From NCBI GenBank assembly GCA_000004985.1, contig GG738885.1: DNA of 64,000 nt. One strand, given 5' to 3'. The translations under genes were made by a program, and so were the position numbers. Origin of the DNA: Naegleria gruberi (Eukaryota). The notes beneath the pieces are model-generated. The model saw only the letters and a program-made list of their open reading frames with translations, was not told the origin of the DNA and ran no database searches. Within the stretch, counting starts at the first letter, position 1; each line of letters begins with the position of its first letter. Positions 25,949 to 36,601 of the stretch are shown here, piece by piece.

Positions 25949-27123
25949 TCAATGTTGGGTGATTTTAAAAACTTCAATTTCAGCAACCTGAAATGTGCTA
26001 CTTCCAGCCAAATAACTTTTAGCTTCCTCACTTCCATATTGTAATCCAATTGGTAGCTCAAAAGTATTTCCAAAATCAGAACTTGACAATACAGTTGAAA
26101 TGTCAAGGTCAACATCTCCAAATCTAGGTAAATAATTCTTACAAAGACAAATGGCATATTGTTTCTGATTTTGCTTAAAATTGAACTTTTCTAAATGATA
26201 TTTTCCACTAAAATCTTTTACAATTTTAAAAATAAATGCAGATTCATCTGAAACATATTCACCTAATAAGGAATGTGGGGATTTCCAGGATCGAGAGGTA
26301 AAGGCACCAAATATTTGATTGTGTTTTGCTGATTTGATAATTGTCAATGTTGGTCCTTGTAAGTCACATTTCGAATGAAAATGTTTCGAATGGAATCCAT
26401 CTCTAGTTCCTCTATACAATAATTGAGGAATTGCAATGCTGCAAGTATGGGAACATAATTCACTTGACACTGAACAATCACATTCGTTAATAATTATGGA
26501 AGAAACTAATCCAAAATAAACATTTGTTTTGATATTAGTGAGCGAGCATTTGTCGAAAATAATTCCACTCAAATCTTGTGATTGCAGATCAATATTATCA
26601 AATTGAATATTTGCAATATGTTTGTTTGAAAGTCCATTAAAATCAAATAAACATCTGTCAAATTTCAATCCGTTAAAATTTGACAAATCTTTCAAATTTC
26701 GTAAATCTGAATTCTTGATTGTGCAATTATTAAATGAATTATTGGTTGAGTGAAGAATAATTTTAAAATCAATTTCCTCAAATATTGATCCATTGAAATC
26801 GCATTCAATGAATTTACAATTTTGTAAAACTTTTTCCTTTGTAAAGTGAATTTGAATTTTGCATTTTGTAAATTTTGCATTTTCAAATTTAGATTTCTTT
26901 GTAATTGTGTTTGTGAAATTAACATTTTCAAAATTGGAATTTGAGAAACAAGCACTTAAAAAGTTTGAATCTGAAAAGTTGCAACCATTTGAATTACAAT
27001 TAATGAAATATGACTTGGAAAAATCTAATTTTGACAGGTTACTGTTTTGTAATTGCACTTTCTCAAATGTTGTGGAAATAAACTTGGCTTCTTCAAATTT
27101 ACATTGTTCCAAACATGTTTCCA
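25949..27123 (-). CDS. C-terminal half of a pentapeptide-repeat + TLDc-domain protein. It is probably the same gene as 27124..28457, separated by a 1-nt frameshift.
   Basis: ~230 aa of pentapeptide repeats (NFS.SNF....F..) followed by a TLDc domain (LLYRGTRDGF..HFHSKCD..GPTLTIIKS....IFGAFTS..W). Its ATG shares one base with the upstream stop (TAATG), and the upstream ORF ends inside the same pentapeptide-repeat array. Confidence 0.6.
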
Positions 27124-28457
27124 TTAAAAATGCATTAGAAAGTCAGTATTCTTCAAATTGGCGTTTGACAAGTTGCATTCACTCAATTCACAATTTTGGA
27201 AATTAGCACCTGCCAAATCACAATTACTGAAATCACATCCTCTCATCGTGCTTCCTTTAAAATTACACCCTCTTATATTCATTCCACTAAAATTACAACA
27301 ACTCAATTTTGAATTTTCCAAATTTGTTTTCTGAAGAAGGAAATTCCTCATATTCACTCCATTCAAATTCAAACTCAAATCACCTCCAGCAAACACATTT
27401 GAAAGTCTAATCAAGTCAAGTTGTGAATTGAGTAATTGTTTTTCCAAATTTGTCAATTGAAATAATTGACAGGCATCAACGAGTCCATGTTTCATTTCTT
27501 TCAAATCAATAATTCCAAATCTTAACCAATCCAAAATGTGTTTGAATACGACTGGATCACAATTAATGAAATAAACATCATCTTTGAATGATGTACAAGG
27601 TGTTTGATATAGCGGATGTTGACCTGTCAACATTTTCTTGAATAAATTGTCAGGTTCTCTCTCGTTATGAAGTAAATCACCTAAGGAGACTGTCAAGATT
27701 GTTCCACCAACATTTAAAGGAATTGGTTTGTTGCTGGATTCGAATATTTCTCTTTGCAATTTTTCCTTTTCAAACTTTTCAATTAGTTTTTGTAAATCTT
27801 GATCTTTTGATTCAAATTCTTGAACTAGTTCAGCTCTTTTAACTTGAAATTCACTATTTGTCTGATTGATCATCTGTTCATGTTCTGTCTTGAATTTATT
27901 CATCAAATCTTGATATTTCCTTTCCAATCCAATTTTCCTTTTTTGAAATTCTTCTTCCAAATTAACTTTCAATTCCTCAACTTGTTTATAAGCATCCAAC
28001 AGTGGACAATACCTTTCCTGATGATCTTTCAATTGTCCTCTCTGCACTCCACCCTTACACATCGAACATTGCACTTTCAATTCATCCAACTTGTTCAAAA
28101 TATATTTGGGAACTGCCAATGAATTCTGTTTCAAATCATTTCCTCGACAAAGTGGACATTTATCAACTTTATCGATAATGCACTTGGAACAGAACATTTG
28201 ACCACATTCAGAATGCATGATTGGATCAATGAATGGATATTTACAGATGGAACATGTTAAATCTTGATCAATATTGTGTAAATCGAGATAAAGTCATGGT
28301 TTGGTTGATTAGTTTCGGAATATTCAATTCTTGAAAATTCATCGTAATTGATTTGTTTTTCAGGGTTGGTAGATGAAATGGTTGGATTGTTGTAGTTCGA
28401 ATCTTCATAAAACGTGCGAGAAAGTTTATCATTTGACAGTTGTGGTTGTTCAGACAT
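27124..28457 (-). CDS. RING/zinc-finger + coiled-coil + BTB/POZ (T1/KCTD-type) + pentapeptide repeats: the N-terminal part of a KCTD9-like/TLDc fusion protein
   Basis: ORF 27124..28218 contains the Cys/His cluster CSICKYPF..HSECGQMFCSKC..CPLCRG, a long coiled coil, the BTB T1 signature PIPLNVGGTILTVSLGDLL..DPVVFKHILDWLRFG, then pentapeptide repeats up to the stop. An upstream in-phase-shifted ORF 28257..28457 (MSEQPQLS..) probably supplies the true N-terminus via another 1-nt frameshift near 28230-28260. Confidence 0.55.
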
Positions 28458-28702
28458 TTTTTTTATTTGACAAGGAAAATAATTCTAGAACGTGACATGA
28501 TGAACAGGTGAATAGGTTGAACAGGTTCTAAAGCAAGCTCTAATTTTAATCCAAACGTGATTTACCAAAAGTGATTTATTTTGCATAACTTTCGAATAAG
28601 AAATTAATGATTAGGGCAAAATAATTTAATTCCGATCACATTCAAATTCCGATCACTGGTGCAGCAATAAATTGTTGATTTATTTGAAAAGTCATTGGGA
28701 AG

Positions 28703-28924
28703 TCATGGCTCTTTCTCTCCACAATCAATACATAAGATGTTGGTAATCTCTTTTCCATTGATTGTTTCTGTTGATGGCATTGTACATGTTTTGGAATGGC
28801 ATAATTTTTTACAAGTCGAACATGTCACCATACCATCATGATCGTCTTTAAATTTACATCCAGAGTAGCACCATATATTTTGTGATGATGATGCACTTGG
28901 AGAGGAGGTTGGATTTCTATCCAT
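28703..28924 (-). CDS. Small (73 aa) Cys-rich protein with a PHD-like C4HC3 spacing
   Basis: C.3C.11C.2C.4H.3C.18C.2C pattern. The ORF is intronless and lies in tandem downstream of the CobW gene. Confidence 0.35.
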   Translation of the reverse strand: MDRNPTSSPSASSSQNIWCYSGCKFKDDHDGMVTCSTCKKLCHSKTCTMPSTETINGKEITNILCIDCGEKEP

Positions 28925-29087
28925 AGTATATGCTCACTTTGCATGGCAAGTACAATACATAGTACACATTTTTCCCGCCAATTTGCATTTACATGTATGA
29001 TTATCCACAAGCATGATGACATGAACAAACCACACCATGTTGCTTCTGTTTCTTCAATAGGGTGTTTTGGGCACGAGTTTCGATTTA

Positions 29088-30625
29088 AGCTTTCTTCTTT
29101 GCTTCTCTAAGGGTCTTTCCTTCCTCTTTCTTTCTTTTCTGTTTTTCTTTTTCTGCTTTTTTTTCTAGTGCTGTTACCATATAGTCGTTGCGTGTTAGTA
29201 CAAAGTTAGTTTTCACTCTGGTTTTTTCTTTGGTTTGTTTTGGTGGTTCATGTAATAAATTTCCAAATTTGGAAGGTGGTTTTTCATCTTGATTACTATT
29301 TTTGGAATGTTGAATTTTGGCAAGTGCTGACTTCTTATCAAGTGGTATAATACAAGCTTCTTTGAATCCACTAACAATATTATGATGGGNNNNNNNNNNN
29401 NNNNNNNNNNNNNNNNNNNNNNNNNNNNNNNNNNNNNNNNNNNNNNNNNNNNNNNNNNNNNNNNNNNNNTCTTATAAATGTTTCTAATGATAATAGTTCA
29501 GTTTCGTTTACCAAATCTGTCTTGTTTAGAATGATAACATTAGCAAGTTCAATCTGATCAAGTAATAAATCAACTACTCTTCTCTCATCTGTTTCACTTG
29601 CTGCCATATTTCTGGATTTAAGACTTGCCTTATTTGACTCATTTTCAATTTGACAACCTGTCATGTAATCTTTCATGAAGCTGAATGAATCAACAACGGT
29701 GACAAGAGTATCTAATTTGGTATAATCTGAAAGCATCTTTCCATGCATATCTTGAAAGAAGAAAGTTTGAGCTATTGGAAGTGGTTCAGCAATTCCAGTT
29801 GACTCAATTAAGAGATAATCAAATTTTCTTTGGTAAGCAAGTTTACCAACCTCTTGAAGGAGGTCTTCTCTAAGATTACAACAAATACATCCATTCTAAT
29901 TTGAAAATTACATATTACCCATATTAGGAAATACTTACTGACATTTCAACCATTTTCTCATCTACACGTGACAGGGAGCTTTCTTGATTTACCAACTCTG
30001 CATCAATATTTATCTCACTCATATCATTAACAATCACAGCAACCTTCAATCCTTCCTTATTTCTCAAAATATGATTAAGGAGAGTTGTCTTTCCACTTCC
30101 AAGAAATCCACTCAATACAGTGACTGGTAATTTCTTTTCAAAAGTTTCCACAACTTGATCAGATGCCTTTCCCATAATACTGAACGAATCCTTTCCTTTC
30201 TTTTCAATGAAACTTGTCAAATCTTCTTTCATGTTCATTAAGGTTTTGTGTTGAGGTTGAATTTTCAATCCCTTATCACAATGTTCAATTGCCTTCTCCA
30301 AGTTTCCAGAAACAGAATAAGCAACTGCTAATCTAAAATAAGGTTGCACCCAATTAGGTTTTAATTCAATTGCTTTTAAGGAATCTTCAATCGCCTTTGC
30401 ATATTCCTTATTTAGTATATAAGATAATGCTCTTAAATCATAAACGAATGAACTGTTACCGAATGATTTCAATGCTTTGGTGAATTCTTGAATTGCTTTT
30501 TCGTATTCCTTTTCGTTTAGAAATTTACTTCCATTTTCAATGCACAATTGACCAAAATCATGTTCTTCTTGTGTGAGTTGAGAGGTGTTACAATTGTCAT
30601 CATTACCTTGATTCAATAAAGACAT
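29088..30625 (-). CDS. TPR-repeat + CobW/COG0523-family P-loop GTPase (CobW N- and C-terminal domains)
   Basis: Exon 1 (30625..~29939) carries TPR repeats, then Walker [20 protein letters not shown] 43-nt GTAAGT..TAG intron lies at ~29896-29938. Exon 2 carries GCICC..R.DL and [15 protein letters not shown]. An 80-N gap (29390-29469) interrupts the CDS. The CobW_C-like region plus a Lys-rich tail resumes at 29389 and runs to the stop at 29085-29087. Confidence 0.65.
29390..29469. other. Assembly gap (80 N) inside the CobW gene
   Basis: Run of n. Confidence 0.99.
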
Positions 30626-31159
30626 TTTGTTAATATAATTTAATATTATTCTTGAGAAATGTTGATTTCACATTTATACTAATTTGGAAAATTGAACCTG
30701 AATCAAACGAAATTCACAACACGTTCAATTTATGAAATTTTTATCAATATATTTAACAAACCAACCGATACAAGAAGATATACTTGATATCTTGGAAATT
30801 CTCTTGTTGCTTTCCAACAACTTTAACCTAATGATTTCAAATCAAGTCAAGATAAGTCAATTACTCCATTTCACTGAAATACATACAAGGTTAGTATTTG
30901 CATTTTGTAATTTTTCAATCTTTGATTTTAATTTAATATTATCATTTTCTAATCTTTAATACGTTGTTACAGAATTGTAATTCTTGAATATTACCAAAAC
31001 CGAAAAAGGGTTATCACCATAAATTAGAGGACTTCAACTAATGTCCCACCAAAATAGTTGGTTTCGTCAAGTTTCGAATATTTTTATCATATATTTCATG
31101 GTGTTTAGTAACATAATTGAAATTCATTGTCTCTCATATTCCAATTAATAAACAAAAAA

Positions 31160-31754
31160 ATGTCAGAAGCCAATATCATTCAGCAAGTAGCAGCCGAAGC
31201 ATTCAACGAATTGTTTTACAATTTCAATTTCGACATTCCTGATTGTGTTTCTAATGAACTTTCGAATAATGACTTGAACCCAGTCTCACCAAAAGAAGGA
31301 ACATCAGCAAATGTATCAACTCTAGATGAAAGTTATATCGATCAATTAATTGATTTAGAGTTAAGAAATGTGCCTTCTTCATTAGGATTAGTTTGGAGTA
31401 AACTCTCCAATGCTAATGAATTTCTATTCGAAACAAAAGCAAGCAATTCCAGTCAGCAAACTAATAGAAATGTATCATTCACCACTCCAGCACCTATTTC
31501 TTCCAACATTTGTCCAGTAAATGACACCAACAAACATCAATCACTTTCGAATATTTCAAATACGAATCCTAATTACATTTCTTTCCACATCCCAGAATCT
31601 TCTTCTTTCCATAAAAACAAAGATCCCAAAAAGAAGGAAAATATCAAAAGAAAATTACCTGCCAAATTATCGTGTCAGATTTTCCCACAACAAATTCGAA
31701 GAAATTGAATTTAAAAAATCAAATCCAAAAGGAAAATTTATAATTTTCAAATAA
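31160..31754 (+). CDS. Unknown-family protein, paralog 1. An apparent frameshift in an A-rich run at ~31625-31650 separates it from its conserved C-terminus.
   Basis: First ATG at 31160 (the ORF track start at 31127 is a TTG). It shares IDxLIDLELRNV.SSLGLVWSKLSN with 32151..32771. The conserved ending PNYRVRFSHNKFEEI.FKKSNPK.K.IIFK is found in the +1 frame (ORF 31521..31754). Confidence 0.5.
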
Positions 31755-32150
31755 CAAACAACTGAATTTTGTTTCTCTTCTGAAAATCTCGCACTTGGAA
31801 CCGAAATCTTTTGCTTCAAATAGCTGTCAAAAGTCTAAATAATAAAGTATGTTTCAAATCAGGAATGAGCAGAAACTTGGAATCTCAAACATTCTCCAAT
31901 AAAACGTTCATACAAATTTGACAATTTTTGACATTTATAATAATTGGATAATTGGCACAGTCGGTTACATTTCTCCTAACGTTCAAATCAAATTTGCGTA
32001 GTTATGGGATTTTTCACTGATATCTAGTAGACAAATGTTTGCTTGAACATAAATGACAAGTTTCCATCTATCTTGGCAATAGATAATAATCAGCACACTG
32101 CGATTTGTTGTAAGATAATCATTTGAGTCCCCACAACATTCGAAAAAAAC

Positions 32151-32771
32151 ATGTCACATGCCAACTTGACAACATGCAATGCAAATAAGAGTAGTTTGCA
32201 TGCGCAATATTCATCGTGGTTGTGCACACCAGAGTTGAACTACTTTCTGCAAACAATTCATGATTCGTCTATTCCAAACTATTCCAATAACTTGACACAT
32301 GCATGCTCGAATCGATCTTATTCAGAGGGTATCATTATGGATGAAGCATATATTGATACTCTCATTGATCTTGAGCTGAGGAATGTTCAATCTTCATTAG
32401 GATTGGTTTGGAGTAAACTTTCCAATACATCAAACGATTTCACATTCGAAACAACATGTAACTCTGAGAATCTAACAACAACCAATATCATGATCAACAA
32501 CAACTCCACATGCCACAAATATTCCAACAAGAACAATTCTAATACAAAGAAAGAAAAACAAGAGAAGAAACATCAACCACTTTCGAATAATTCCAAACTG
32601 ACAAATAACATGTCTTTCCATCAGCCAGAATCTATAACCTTACTTGATAACAATAAGAAAATCTCAAAACAAAGGACGCCAAATTATCGTGTCAGATTTT
32701 CACATAACAAATTTGAAGAAATTAGTTTTAAAAAATCAAATCCAAAAGCGAAATATATAATTTTCAAATAA
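32151..32771 (+). CDS. Unknown-family protein, paralog 2 (intact)
   Basis: 206-aa ORF with the same two conserved blocks as paralog 1, and N-rich low complexity in between. Confidence 0.55.
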   Translation: MSHANLTTCNANKSSLHAQYSSWLCTPELNYFLQTIHDSSIPNYSNNLTHACSNRSYSEGIIMDEAYIDTLIDLELRNVQSSLGLVWSKLSNTSNDFTFETTCNSENLTTTNIMINNNSTCHKYSNKNNSNTKKEKQEKKHQPLSNNSKLTNNMSFHQPESITLLDNNKKISKQRTPNYRVRFSHNKFEEISFKKSNPKAKYIIFK

Positions 32772-32901
32772 TTATTTGATGAATGTAAATTAATTTATAG
32801 AAATCCAATTGAGTAAATATGTAAATATTTAAAATTTTATCTAAATTGAGTAAAATTTTAAAGTAAAAAAGTTTAAAAAAGTAAAAATTAGAATTTCTAT
32901 T

Positions 32902-34407
32902 TTAAATGATTATTCTCTTCTTAATGGCTTCCTTCTTTGCCAACTTTTCGAATTGAATTGTTTGTTTGAAACGATGATGAGTGTCAAGCATCAAAATGCA
33001 AATTTCAGATTCGACATCATCAAATAATGAATCAATCAAATGTTCGTTTTGAGCAGTGGCAAATAAATCCAAGTGATTCTTGACCTTATCGGTCATGTAT
33101 TTTGGCAGGTTGACAGATTTTTCACCTCTGACATCTAAATAATCTGTGTAGATTTCGAACGAAATTTCGTACTTCTTCTTTTCCACATCAAGTAAATCCT
33201 TTTCACTAAATTTCTTCTTTTTCTTCTTGTGATCTGTTGAATCAGAACCTGCATCACTACTTATTTCAGATGAAAGCTCGAACAAATATTCTTGAATGTC
33301 AAAACTCCTTTCACACAAAATTTTGTAATCTGAAATCTTTTCCAAAATTTGGAAGTTCTCAATGCTCAACTCAATCTGACAATGTTTTCTAAATAATTCT
33401 CTAGTAATTGGATGTTCCATTGTATCCATTAATAGAAATGCTCTCACTTGATTGAGTTTTCTATTAGTAGATTCATCCTTCTTGACTGATGCCACAAATG
33501 AAGTGACAATGACAGGAACTACCAATATAAGTGAAATCAAAATGACTACTAGTGAAATAGTAACCATAATGACAGTTACACTCTGACTATCCTTCTTGGT
33601 ATTATCCACATAGGAGACCATGATTTGAAATTCATCCTTATATCCATCAAGATAGGTTTGATATTGTTGTGAATTTAACAAAATCATGGCAGTTGAATAG
33701 TTTCCATTCATTGCTAGTCTGATAGCTCTTTGTTCGAGAAAGATGGCTTTGGAGGTTTCTAATTCTGCATTAGGTTTTCCCTTTAGTGCCACATTTCTAA
33801 TAGATTCTGGAACGAGTGCTTTAAAGTAAGCAGTATTGTTACTGAACTTTGACAGATAGGTATTGTACTTGGTTTGATATAATTGAGTAAGTGTTAAATT
33901 GTAATTGGAAAAGACTGAAGATCTGGCAGCTGCAATAGTTGTTTCTCTATAATAGTTAGTGTCAGAATCCAAATTATCCCACACATTGTTATATTCGTAT
34001 TGTAACACGAACGCAGCAATGATTAGACCAGCCAAAATGAGGAATGAAGTTAAATTAATAACTAGAGAACTCAAACTGAAAATTCTCAATGTTGAAAGCT
34101 GTAAAGTTCCTAAGCAAGTATTACAAGTGAGAATGACATCTGAATCTTTGCTCTTAACTGAAGAAGAACGTGGTGTTCTTATTGATGTAGTAATGGACTT
34201 GGCAGGTCCTTCTTCAGCAATATGTGAATTGGTAGTGGATGAATCATATTTTACACTTGCAAACTTTTTAGGAGGTTGCATTGGACTTGAAATTGGTGGA
34301 CTAGTTGCCAAATCGCTCGGAGAAGAACACTCTGCAGGAGAATGAAGGTTGACTTGACTGGTGCTCAACTCTTTGAGTTCTTGCAGTGAGCCACTGTTGG
34401 TGGTCAT
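32902..34407 (-). CDS. Receptor-like RGS protein: N-terminal tail, TM1, ~200-aa extracellular sensor-like domain, TM2, then a cytoplasmic RGS domain
   Basis: Two strong hydrophobic helices (LVINLTSFLILAGLIIAAFVL and VTVIMVTISLVVILISLILVVPVIV). The RGS signatures are LLMDTMEHPITRELFRKHCQIELSIENFQILEKISDYK and EIYTDYLDVRGEKSVNL..ICILMLDTHHRFKQT. Paralog of 53181..54869. Confidence 0.65.
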   Translation of the reverse strand: MTTNSGSLQELKELSTSQVNLHSPAECSSPSDLATSPPISSPMQPPKKFASVKYDSSTTNSHIAEEGPAKSITTSIRTPRSSSVKSKDSDVILTCNTCLGTLQLSTLRIFSLSSLVINLTSFLILAGLIIAAFVLQYEYNNVWDNLDSDTNYYRETTIAAARSSVFSNYNLTLTQLYQTKYNTYLSKFSNNTAYFKALVPESIRNVALKGKPNAELETSKAIFLEQRAIRLAMNGNYSTAMILLNSQQYQTYLDGYKDEFQIMVSYVDNTKKDSQSVTVIMVTISLVVILISLILVVPVIVTSFVASVKKDESTNRKLNQVRAFLLMDTMEHPITRELFRKHCQIELSIENFQILEKISDYKILCERSFDIQEYLFELSSEISSDAGSDSTDHKKKKKKFSEKDLLDVEKKKYEISFEIYTDYLDVRGEKSVNLPKYMTDKVKNHLDLFATAQNEHLIDSLFDDVESEICILMLDTHHRFKQTIQFEKLAKKEAIKKRIII

Positions 34408-34753
34408 TTATGATTATTTTTTTGAGTTGTTAAATTGATTTCAATGAAGGTAACGCATTGGTTATAAAGGCAGTCAACTTGGGAAACGTTAAACATTGTA
34501 CAGTACAAATTAAAAATTGTGCTGTAGAAAATGGTGTCGTTGATTTGGTCCTTTGGTCAAGAAATTTTCATTTGGAAAGCATGTTTCTAAAAACGGACTA
34601 TGCATTGTGCATGAATTCTATTTTGATTTGTAATTAATTCAAATGTCTTTAACCATTCATTGGCTGGTTCAGTTGCTTGGTTTCCTTTCAAGATCATTTC
34701 TTTTCCAATATATTCAATAATTAAAGTAAAGGCAGGAGTAGGCTCTATTTGTT

Positions 34754-35296
34754 TTATTCCAACCTTTTTTTAACAATTGAATTAAATTCAGAAAAGTGAT
34801 TGCAGAAGCTACTTAATTTCAGATAGAGCATGAATAAATGTCCAAGCAAACCTCCAAACCTTTCCGAGTGAATTAATTTACATGATTTTTCACTTTCTTC
34901 AATGACTTCAAATGTGTGTTCACCAGTGAAGAGAGGGAAATATTTCCAACCCATGACTCCTTTCCATCCAAACACAAAGTGTCCCTTTTGTTGTGGACTA
35001 GATACTTGCCATTTCCATAACTTGGCATTCATTACATTATCTTCAGTGAGAATGGAAACTTTGAATGGCAACATTTGAAGATGAGAAGCATAGGCAAGAT
35101 TTGGATCGGAAACCAATCTCTTTGCAAATACTTGTTCCAATTCCAATCCTTCTCCTAGAGGTTCCCATTTAACAACCATTCCCATCGGATAATGTTCTCT
35201 CTTGGTAATATATTCAAATACATCGGAAGCAGGCTTATTGATGGTAATAGTACTGCTAACAAGTTTGTTCCAAAATTCAACCTTTGCACAATTCAT
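34754..35296 (-). CDS. Hypothetical protein, possibly SRPBCC/Bet v1-like (polyketide-cyclase/AHSA1-type fold). The C-terminus may involve an unrecognised intron.
   Basis: 180-aa ORF; the assignment rests only on weak pattern resemblance. Confidence 0.3.
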   Translation of the reverse strand: MNCAKVEFWNKLVSSTITINKPASDVFEYITKREHYPMGMVVKWEPLGEGLELEQVFAKRLVSDPNLAYASHLQMLPFKVSILTEDNVMNAKLWKWQVSSPQQKGHFVFGWKGVMGWKYFPLFTGEHTFEVIEESEKSCKLIHSERFGGLLGHLFMLYLKLSSFCNHFSEFNSIVKKRLE

Positions 35297-35725
35297 TTCT
35301 CTCTACAATTTCTATGATATACTAATCAATTCAACTGATATTATTCAGTTCAACTCAATAATTTACAGTTATTTTTTCTTGATGAAAACTGCAAAGCGAG
35401 ATTCCAAGCATCTATTTATGCATTTTTTTAAGGCGCACCTTTTTGTTTTTGGCGGTATGAAGGGCGACTTGGCTAAGAGTGCGTCTCAATGTTCATTAAC
35501 AAGTGTCCTTTGCTGTAAATAATTACAGTCATGTAGTGTTAATAATACTTCAGAGTGATTGCATAAATCTACCAACAACATCATGATGGTAGATTGTGCA
35601 TTATCTTGTTATTCCATGTTTTGTTTGGATATCAACTCTTTAAAATCAAAAAGCTCAAATAGGTTCATCCGAGAATCTTCTTGTTGTGGTGTGGTGATAA
35701 CATGTAATGTGCCAAGATGATGGTT

Positions 35726-36601
35726 TTATTGATTTGTTGTCTTTACACTGGTCATCCATGTCAGAATGTATTCCATCAACTGCTGTTCTGTTAGATTTTC
35801 CAATTGTTGTGGTGGTAACGGTACCATTTCATTGTTACTTGTTGCATTCTTAGTATTTGCATTCGTTGTTGCATGTTGGTTGGATTGAAATTGTATTGGA
35901 GAAATTTGCTGGTGATGTTGCATTATCAAACTACTTGTTGGAGAAGTAACAGGACTATTATGTACATTAGGATAAAGTGCATGTTGTTGTGAAACACCAT
36001 TAGGTGGAGTGGAAGGTTTCGAAGATGGAATAACATGTTGAATGTTATTACTCAGAATTGGAGCTTGTTGTTGATGTGCATTGCTCGTTTTACACACATC
36101 AACATTGGGATCTTCACCCAGAAAGACCTTCTTCAAGAAGATTTCTCTAAATTCCTCTGGTGGCATAGATTGAAAGTAGGACTGTGTTGTCGGAGACGTA
36201 TTGTTCACATTACTCCCAATATCAACATTGTTTTCAATAACATGTTGATGAGTTGGTGAAGTATTCTGAAAAGGTACATTCGTATTGCTATATTGAACAG
36301 ACATTTTTGGTTGAAGGAATTGAAAACAATGCTGCCTATTAATTACATGATTTCCAAACTGTTGTTCCTGTTGATATTGTTGCTGTTGTTGGTAAATTAA
36401 AACATTCTTCTCATTTCCAATAATCCCATTCGAAGGTGGTATCTGAAAATTTGTATTGACCAAAGAAATTGGTGACGTGTTATTCTTATTACTCCTAGTT
36501 GTTGAAGTCCTCCCATGCCTATTATTGTTATTATTAAAAAGGGAAGGATTCGTCGCCGAATTATTAACACCTTGTTGTTGTGATGGTTGTTGTTGTGGCA
36601 T
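35726..36601 (-). CDS. Low-complexity Q/N/S/T-rich protein of unknown function
   Basis: Intronless 291-aa ORF with poly-Q/N tracts and a conserved-looking C-terminal LENLTEQQLMEYILTWM. Confidence 0.45.
   Translation of the reverse strand: MPQQQPSQQQGVNNSATNPSLFNNNNNRHGRTSTTRSNKNNTSPISLVNTNFQIPPSNGIIGNEKNVLIYQQQQQYQQEQQFGNHVINRQHCFQFLQPKMSVQYSNTNVPFQNTSPTHQHVIENNVDIGSNVNNTSPTTQSYFQSMPPEEFREIFLKKVFLGEDPNVDVCKTSNAHQQQAPILSNNIQHVIPSSKPSTPPNGVSQQHALYPNVHNSPVTSPTSSLIMQHHQQISPIQFQSNQHATTNANTKNATSNNEMVPLPPQQLENLTEQQLMEYILTWMTSVKTTNQ

Noticed and set aside
27118-27128. Programmed ribosomal frameshifting at the recurrent TAATG stop/start overlaps (27121-27125 and 61308-61312)
   Set aside because: The required shift is -1 (+2) on sequences that are not canonical slippery heptamers, and other frame breaks in the window sit in plain homopolymers. 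Indel error or pseudogenisation is the simpler explanation. It is retained only as a remote alternative in the findings.
30732-30959. 75-aa + strand ORF between the CobW gene and the unknown-family gene
   Set aside because: AT-rich intergenic ORF with a non-ATG start in the track and no features.
33959-34345. 128-aa + strand ORF
   Set aside because: Antisense, fully inside the RGS-receptor CDS; no features.
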